Assembly: GCA_037447605.1 (NCBI GenBank)
Contig: CM074815.1
Coordinates: 1,736,001 to 1,800,000, forward strand
Length of the DNA stretch: 64,000 bases
Reading direction: 5' to 3'
Source of the DNA: Zygnema circumcarinatum SAG 698-1b
Lineage: Eukaryota; Plantae; Zygnematophyceae
The number at the start of each line of letters is the position of its first letter. Positions within the stretch are counted from its first letter, which is position 1. The position numbers were made by a program, and so were the translations under genes. Positions 56,010 to 64,000 of the stretch are shown in pieces. The notes beneath the pieces were generated by a model. The model searched no databases. It saw only the letters and a list, made by a program, of their open reading frames with translations, and was not told the DNA's origin.

Positions 56010-59000
56010 ATGGCGCCCTCTCACAGAGAGCCGCTCGGACCTCTGCCCTCGCGCGGGAGCAGCCAGCTCCCCCCTCCGCCAAGGTATAGCCGGCCTGCCT
56101 GCCGCCGCTGGTCTGAACACGGAAGCTTCAGAGCTGCTTGGGAATCACAGCCTTGGTCTTCTATTCGCAGGAATTCATTTTTTTTTTTTAACATTCAGAT
56201 TTCTCTTTTTATGTTTGTCAAGCCGGATTTATTTATTTTGTTATTGCTGCGTTGCGGTGCAGAAAGAATGTTAAAGAGGGCCTTTTCAGGGCTTGTACTC
56301 AGTGTAGACCTCGTCACTCGGCCAGTCTGCTCTGCCTTGGTGACAAGAGTAACGGTCAGCGTCCAGCCTCCAATGTCGAGAGGTGTGGCTTCCCAATACT
56401 CTGGGAACAGGCTTCTCTGGAAGGGCTGAATACCTGGCTCACATCCTCCAGGCATGCATGCAAGGTTTTGGCGTTTTAAGGAAGACTGTCGATACCGGAG
56501 TGGAGGTTCAGTTGGTGCTGGCCGTCGACTCATGTCGGCTTCTTCATTCTCCGTGGAGCACACACATGAGATAGACCTCCTGACCGCGCCAGGAGCAGGC
56601 TCTCAATGACAACCATAAAGCTTTCTGAGTTTGGGCGCAAGCGCGCGGCAACCTCGAAAGGAAAGTCGGAGAAGGAGTTGGAAGCAGGACACCGTCTGGA
56701 GCAAGTAGCTGAGCGGCTCCGTGCTTCGCTTGGCCTTGGTTGGGGTCCAAGTGCGAGAGAAGCTCTGAAGAGGTGAAATTAGGGCGTCGCTGTGTTTGGT
56801 GGGATGTGGTCGTTATCTTTCATAATTGTCAATGCATGAATAGCAATTCAGCTCTTTATCTTTCATTAGAATCTTCCATAGCAATTCACCAAAGCTAGGG
56901 CATGATTTTCCTGCCCACGTAGCCTTACTTGGTTGTCATGAGTATATGACAAGTGGAGTCTATGATGACGAGCATGTCTTCATGTGCTCATGGATTTCTT
57001 CTGTAACTTGTCTCATCTATTGCTGGCAGCATCCATGCTTGGAGGATCAAGGAAGAGCCAGTCAGATGGGTTTGTGCCGACCTCTCCATCCAAGCTCAAG
57101 CTGCTCGGGCGCTTCTTGGATTCGCTGAATGTGTAGCAGCCTACTTTTCGTTTGTTGAAAGAGATCAAGCTTGGCGGCAAAAGCTGCAGGTGCCTTATTC
57201 TCTCACTTCAAATATGGCCCTTAAACCACTTTCCACGCCTGCATAGGCAAGACACATTTTTTTTTTCTTTTCTGATACCCATTATGTTCTGCGGCCTTAA
57301 AAAGCGTCATGGTGCGCAATAAGCGACTGCAAAGTTGACTTGATTATGAGTTGGGCTGTATTTTAACCAGACAAGTAACTACCTATTCCAATGAAGTGTC
57401 TACTGTGGAGTGTGCATGTTCAACTGCACTCGCTTGTTTGCAATTACACGAGAGTATAAATATAAAATAATATATATATAGGAACCTTTTTCTTTTCATT
57501 AGTTAACCGAGGACATGTTTCAGCACTTATTTCAGACCACCAGGCCGTTTTAATATATTCCGTCTGCATTTAATTTTAATTTCTACCCTTCCCCAGAATG
57601 TTTATGCATCAAGGCCTTTGGACGTTGTTATTTTTCTTACAGACATGTTTAGTTGACGTATCATTCGTTGCACGGAGTATGAACACGTTTTTATGTGTGC
57701 CGCGTCGTGTTAAACGACTGATACGACCATTTAATCGGCACAGACAGAGACGAGCAACTCTGTTTAGCAGCGTATAGCGCACTGCTTATCCAGCAAGTGA
57801 TGCTTGTGTACCCTTCTCGGTTTCTCAATAGGGATGCTTGTGTGGAAAGGGATAGAGGCTACTGGCATTATCAGTTGTTCATCTGATATTTAGCCTGATA
57901 TTGTCTCAGCTCAGGCTCTGTTTCTTGAGTTTCGCCTTCTAACTCCATTGTTCCCCTCCGAGCTGTGGAGTTTCTTGCAATTGACACCCCCCAGCTTGAA
58001 TGCAGATAATCCTTGTCGAGGCAGCTGCTGCTTTAGCGAGTCTCCTGGAATCACCTTCATCAGCAGTGCGCAACAAGGCTGCAATTGCCTCTGAAGTGCT
58101 GACCAGCTCTGTTGGAAATCACCTTGAAAAAGGGCCATCCATACACCTCCTTCCTCCACTGTCGGCACTCCTTGATGATGCAGGTACGTCACAGGAAAGT
58201 GAAAACGAAAGGACTTAGGAAAGAGAAGAGGGAAAGAGAAGAGGGAAAAAGCGAAGGAAGGGAAAGGGGAGTGATGCTATGTTGCGCGTCTAAACACCTT
58301 GTATTTGCTGCTTTTGCCTTTCTACAGACGACACAACTGTATCAAGTGCAGGCAAAACGATGGCGCACTTACTTCACAAATTTCGCGTTAGAGATAAGCT
58401 ATGGAATGGAGCTCAGGGGCCATATTTGAAGAGCCCAGAAACCCTCATGTGGCAGGCCTTGACTAGCATCGACCCTTTGACCAGAATAGAAAGGCAACTG
58501 GAGAGGAAGGGAACACAGGAAAGTGTTGCAAGAGGGGAGGCAGGACCTAAAGTAGCAGCTCTCCTTGAAGTATTGGAGGGGCTCTTAACACGATGGTCTG
58601 CAGCAAGGAAAAGAGTCCATGGCGACTGGAAATGGTGCCATCTTGTTGCGGAATTCTGCAACGACACTGAACAAGAAGTGGCAAAGTCTGCTTTTCGTTG
58701 TTTGGCGTCTATGGGTATGCATGCCATCCATGAAGACAAGCAGGCACGAGTCGCGGAATGCTTTAAGTGTTATTGCACTTTCACAATAGAAGGAATGATC
58801 CTATCTTTCGTTCCTGTATTTGTTCACTTGGACCAGTGTCTTTTTCCCTAGCTGACCTCTTGGATGCATGTATCGGAACTGGGTGTGCAGTTGTGGAGTG
58901 TGCAGCTGCAAGTCATTTGGCTCACAAGACTCCTGCGCTTTGGTGTTCGCTTTCGGTATGGCTGAAGGTGGAGCAGAGTTCATCCGTGAAGGAGGCAGCT

Positions 59001-62000
59001 TTGCATCTACTTAGCCTTCTGCCGGTACATAACGCATGCTTTGAACCTGTGACTTGACTGCTTGTCATGGCCTATATCATACGCTGCATCTGCCAGCCAT
59101 GACTATGCAGCAAATAGAATGGATCATTTTCAAGGTGCATACAACCTTTTATCCGTCGTCACATGGCCCTTCTCGGATGTGGCTATAATTTCAGAGGAGT
59201 TTCAGCCCATATTTGTCAAGTCTCTGAAGGGTAGGGATGAACACACGTCACCGGCAGTTTTTCTTACTTGCTCAAGGGGGTGCTAGCTATCTGCATTGTC
59301 AAGTCCTTGTTTAAAAAGATGTTGTCCAGCGTGTGCTTCAGCATTCATCCCGAATTGTGCTATGCATCATATCGACGTTGTGCTCCTGATGAAGAGATCA
59401 GAGAAAGCTGTTTCAAGAGTCTCTGCGTCTATGATGATCTATTTTCTGTAAAGACATTTAAGGAGGGTTTTTTTCCCTTATCGGTCTTTTTTTGGGCTTA
59501 TGCTGTGCAGTCTGCTCCCAAGTTTGGATTAATTTTACAAGCTCGAGAATGGAGTGACCTTACGACATGCTGTGTGCGAGCCCTCGCTGCTATTCCGGAC
59601 GAGTCAGCATCTCAAGAAGCTGTTTTGACCTCCCATTTGGCAATGCAGCACTCACTCAGAACCACTGCTTTGAAAGCCATTTGTGCTTTACTTCGTTGGC
59701 CAGGAAAGCATCATGAAGAGTTTCTACGAAATGGGTTGTTGGCTGCTCTGAGTGGTATTCTTAGGGGCAGAGCTGCAAGTGAGGGCAAAGAGGGGAAGCA
59801 GAACCCAAAGTTGCGTCTGCTTGCATGGCAGGCCATGGCATGGCTTGCAACATTCATGGGCTCAGTGCATATGAAACTTGCATCGAAGGAAGTCGGAGAA
59901 ACGAGCCGCAATGTATCCACCAGTTTGGCTCAAATGGAGAAAGCTACTGCGTTGTTATGGTGAGAAGCATACTTTATTCCTTCTCTTGTAGGTGTAAAGT
60001 GGTGATTTCAGGCAGGACCCCTTTATCAGTATCTCTCTGATTTCATGTGAAATTGCAGGTAACCCCCCAGAACAAAAAATTACATATTCAATTGAACCAG
60101 TTATTCCCACTGTAGTCAGTCAGTCTGCCTTGGCTACTCAGTATGTTGAGTAGCCCCATCTTGAGCCTATGAAAGGCGAGTCTGTAGCCATGCTACAGGC
60201 GGGTTTTCACTGTCTACAGGCAGTGACGACTAAACCAAAGTCAAACCTTACGCTACCTTTCCTTCAAAGGGAAGTGTCTTACTGTCTGCTTCAACCCTTT
60301 GAATGATGCAGCGGTGCATTTTGCCGAGTCTTTCACCGACGTGCAGCTTTAGTCTCCGAACTACAACCCTCTAAACATCTCCCATCAGACCCAGTTTCAG
60401 CTTTAGAGGAGGGTCTTGTTCCACCGGGTTTCGAACCTTCTCCGCAAGAGGCAGTGGAGATAAGCAGGGCAATGTTTGCATTCGCAACATCGCAGCATGA
60501 GAAGCTGAGAACAGGTAGCAGGGCTTCCTTAGAAGTGGCCCTGCGCCCTCACGGAGGGGGGTGGGTATCCTCCCTTGTGCGGCAAGTTTCAGCTACTGAG
60601 GGGGGGAAAAGAATGCCTGCAGATGTAGCAACCCATGTAGCTCTCCTCACAGCTGTTGGGGTGCTTTTCTGCATCCCTGCATGCTTAGGGGAACTTCTCA
60701 GTGCAGATGTTGGTTGGGTTCTTGTACGGATAGTGAACTACCAGGCTGCTCTCGTGAAGTCGGAGGATGATAATTTTGGTTTGGGAGAGACAAATGATAT
60801 TTCATTCAAGCAAAACGTTGGGATTCCTGTGAATGAGCAGATCTCAGAGAAGTATTCTCTACCTCAGGTTGCTAACGACAATGGAGACGAGTATTTTTTC
60901 CGACCTATAGAAGACTGGGAGGGAAAGGATCCGGTTTTGTTCGCTGCTCTCCATGCATTGACTGAGTTCTTTCACGGACAAAAGCTCATCGGTGAACTAA
61001 GGGGAAACTTTCAAAGAACAGGTGAAGGTAACACCGTTCAGAACAAGCAGAGAGGGTTTGATCAAGTCACAACTGCGAACGGACTGAGCTTTGGTTTGAG
61101 CCCTCATGTTCAGATGAACCTTGTATGGGAAGCTGAAGATGCTCTCTCCCAGCTTGTGAGGGAACCCTTTCCTCCCGGAGTGCGTTGGAATGCAGTGAAG
61201 GCACGTGCATGTCTCGGCATTTTTGGGTTTCCAAGTGCAGTCGGTGAAAGCATGCACTCAGCATTCGACAATCCTTCAAGGGCAGATGTTGCTTTTCTCT
61301 TCAGTACGGGGCAACGACTTCATGCTCACTTTGCAATCTTAGCATCGAGAAGCCCCGGCCTTATTTCTGCTTTTAGTTCCAAAAGCAGTGAAGCAGCACC
61401 TTTCCGCAAGGAGAGAGTGGCTGGTCACATCTCTCAAAGTAGCAATCCCGAGGGAAACCACAATGGCCCTTTTGAAGCCCATGTTTCTGCCCGCGTCACT
61501 TACGATGCATTTCGATCTCTATTGGAGTTTGTCTATGTGGGAGTGACAACTATCCCGGCTAACAGAGCAGCCGAAGTTTCCATTCTGGCGAGGAAGTGTG
61601 CTTTACAACCCCTTGCAGCATTGCTTCAGGGGCAACCTTTAGAATGGGGTTGCCCTTCGGCTCCCTGCGACCTCTCTGCATGTGCTTCCTCTGCAGGTTG
61701 GCCTTACAGGTGGGTGTTTTCATCATACTTTGGATGGCAATGGGGGGAATTGCTTGCTTGGTGCTGGGAGATATAGCGATATGCAGAGGCTCTTGCTATT
61801 GTTTTTGTTATTGTTATTGTTGTTGTTATTTCTATTGATGTTACGGGCAAAGGTGGTCTTCGGGAGTCATGCGCAAATGGTCTGTGCTTCGTCCATTGCT
61901 TTCTGCAGCTTTGCAGCTTTGCAGCTTTGGTTTGCTTTGAGTAACTCTCAAAACTTCGTTCAACTTTTTAGTTCTTAGCGTGCAGATTTAGTGCTGAAGG

Positions 62001-63092
62001 CTGCGCACAGTAGCAACGGATATTGATAGGTGGCAATCAGGCTTGGCTTCTCAAGCCGTCTCATTCATGCTGGAAAAATTCCGTTTTTGGTCGTCCACGA
62101 TGCGGGCCATAATCTACTGTCCTTTCTCCTCAAATTTGGTGCTCTCTGCAGAGATGCTATCTTGCATACAGATCAAGGCGAAGGCGAAGGTGCTGCGTAT
62201 TCTGAGCATGTGCAGGAATGTGCAAAATCAGGTCCTCACCTTCACGTGCATCGAATGGTACTTGAAGCTCGCTGTGAATATCTTGCTGCCCTTTTGCGGT
62301 CCGGCATGCGGGACAGGTGAGAGGACGGAGCTGCTCTATAGAGTTCATAGTCCTACCACCGAAAGGAATGTCTCATTAACTTCCTTCCATGGAGGGAGAG
62401 GAGTATGCATGTGCGGTTGTATCCGCAGAATCTCATCATGCTTGGAGGAAAAGTGGGAGATTGCATTTAGGAGATCTCATTTCAGGCTTTAGCTCCGCTC
62501 AGACTAGGTGGTTGTATCGTAAACTTCTGTCATCTGTAAGCTACTTTGTTGAACGGATCTATGAGGACTCCCTTCAATTGCCTTTTTTCCTTTTCCTATA
62601 CTGATTTGCCTTCAAAGTATCTGACAGTCTGCTTGCTTTGATTCTCGTGACAGTGTCACAGGACTGCTGCTTGTGCCTGAAGTGAGCCTCCTCGCTTTGA
62701 CAGGACTCGTCCACCTCCTTTATAGTGGCCGCCTCTCATTCAACAACATCAATCAGCCATGCTCGCCACCTCCCACAACCCCTGAAAGCAGCCCCTCTGA
62801 AGAGGCCCTTCTAGAAGCTGCCCTGCAACTGGCTCATCTTGGGGAACGCTGGATGATGGCCGACCTTCAAGAGGCGTCATGGAAGTTTGTCCTTGAAAGG
62901 CTGGAATTTGGCAACGCTTTGTTTGTGCTCCGAGAGAGTGCTGTGTGGGAGCAGTGGCCCCTCGTAGAGGCGGCTGTGGAGCAGATCGTGCCATTCTATG
63001 TAGAGCTGAGAGAGCAGGGTGAGCTGGACTGCCTTTCCAATGACCTGCGAGAGGCTGTGCGTGTGGCACATGTGAAGCTCCTCACGATGTGA
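56010..63092 (+). CDS. ARM-repeat plus tandem BTB/POZ domain protein (At1g04390-like), multi-exon
   Basis: EDWEGKDPVLFAALHALTE; GVRWNAVKARACLGIFGFP; ADVAFLFSTGQRLHAHFAILASRSP; FRSLLEFVYVG; HLHVHRMVLEARCEYLAALLRSGMRD; ERWMMADLQ...FYVELREQGELDCLSNDLREAVR. The 5' exons and start codon are uncertain. Confidence 0.88.
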
Positions 63093-63286
63093 TGTAGGAG
63101 GGCGCTACATCTTCACTTTAAGGGAGGAAGCCAGAAAGAACGAGTTTTGGCGGTTGGGTTTGCTTTTTTGTGTGTACGGTGTTGCGATCTTTCTCAAACT
63201 TCACATGTGGTCACTTTTTTCCTTATCATTTTTTTTTGAGTTGCATGACGCTTGTCTTAAAAACATCAGACGATACGAGACGCTAC

Positions 63287-63776
63287 TTAATCATCATGTT
63301 TCCCAAATAAACGAGAACAGTCGATGTGACGATTATGAAACCAGTCTCGTGTCTGCACCAGCCCGTTTACAACCTCTGATCCAACAACAGGTACGCTCCA
63401 TTTACAGGGAAGGCCGCCCTCTGTGAAAATGTTCTGCAAGCCTTCAGTAAAGCCGTGTGCTCCGCCCATATGACATGTATGTGCCTCGATCCAGACCAAT
63501 GTGCCCCAATCCGCACCCACATTGCAACCATTGCCAAGGAAAGCTTGCTTGTTATCGCCTTTTTTGGCACATGCAATCGGGTGCGGGATAGGTGTAGATC
63601 GACTGGGTCGGCCCCCTCTTGGCGATCTGACCACTCCGCTTCTTATGCGCACTAAGTACCACCTTTGTGAAGTTCTTCCAGTTCTCGCTGTTGTGTTGGA
63701 AGGCATCAGCAAGCTTAATGAGAGCAGGGTTGATGGTCTTCATGACACCTTTGTATTGACGGAAGCCTGCCTGCAA
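63287..63776 (-). other. Overlapping minus-strand ORFs, possibly the 3' end of a gene or TE extending beyond the window
   Basis: Protein-like stretches SENWKNFTKVVLSAHKKRSG and GCNVGADWGTLVWIEAHTCH...DWFHNRHIDCSRLFGKHDD*; no family recognised. Confidence 0.3.
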
Positions 63777-64000
63777 ACCGGCCCAAACAACAAACTCAAA
63801 TAGCTAAGTTGAGGAGGAGTAACCCTAACTCAACCACACATCCAGTGCCGTCCAATTAATGATTTCCATCTAATGCTTTCACAAATTTCACCGGACCCAT
63901 CAGTCTACTTATACATGTCAAGGCAACCCAGCTGCTTCTTTGGTTTTGCAACTTTTTGGGGTTAACCGGCCTACCAGAACATTCCGCATGTTGCCCGGCG

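Noticed and set aside
1-64000. tRNA, snRNA or organellar-DNA insertions
   Set aside because: No T-loop/D-loop tRNA signatures, U-snRNA 5' sequences or plastid/mitochondrial gene fragments were recognised by eye; tRNAscan-SE or Infernal would be needed to exclude them.

Overview
Eukaryotic, intron-rich nuclear DNA from a green plant lineage. The land-plant-like gene set and algal-type 5S rRNA 5' end suggest a streptophyte alga or early-diverging land plant (inference). The left end carries a gapped 5S rDNA tandem array (2893-8580) with palindromic spacer sub-repeats and two Box-A-deleted 5S variants. Recognisable genes are TL17, a plastocyanin pseudogene, KU80, SDP1 lipase, a MAPEG/MGST3 with a transit-peptide-like extension, an APE2-like AP endonuclease, a UGT80-like glycosyltransferase and an At1g04390-like ARM/BTB protein. 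Four genes are unassigned, one of them built from three copies of an unrecognised ~95-aa module. Transposon traces are a MULE deletion derivative, a pogo-like derivative and nested TA-flanked MITEs. The most unusual block is 53063-55879: a frameshifted zinc-finger gene, then AT-rich 83-bp modules with a perfect palindrome, then a 38-bp-phased CCGTTGGAT array. Exon boundaries and homologies were read by eye and from memory, with no database search.
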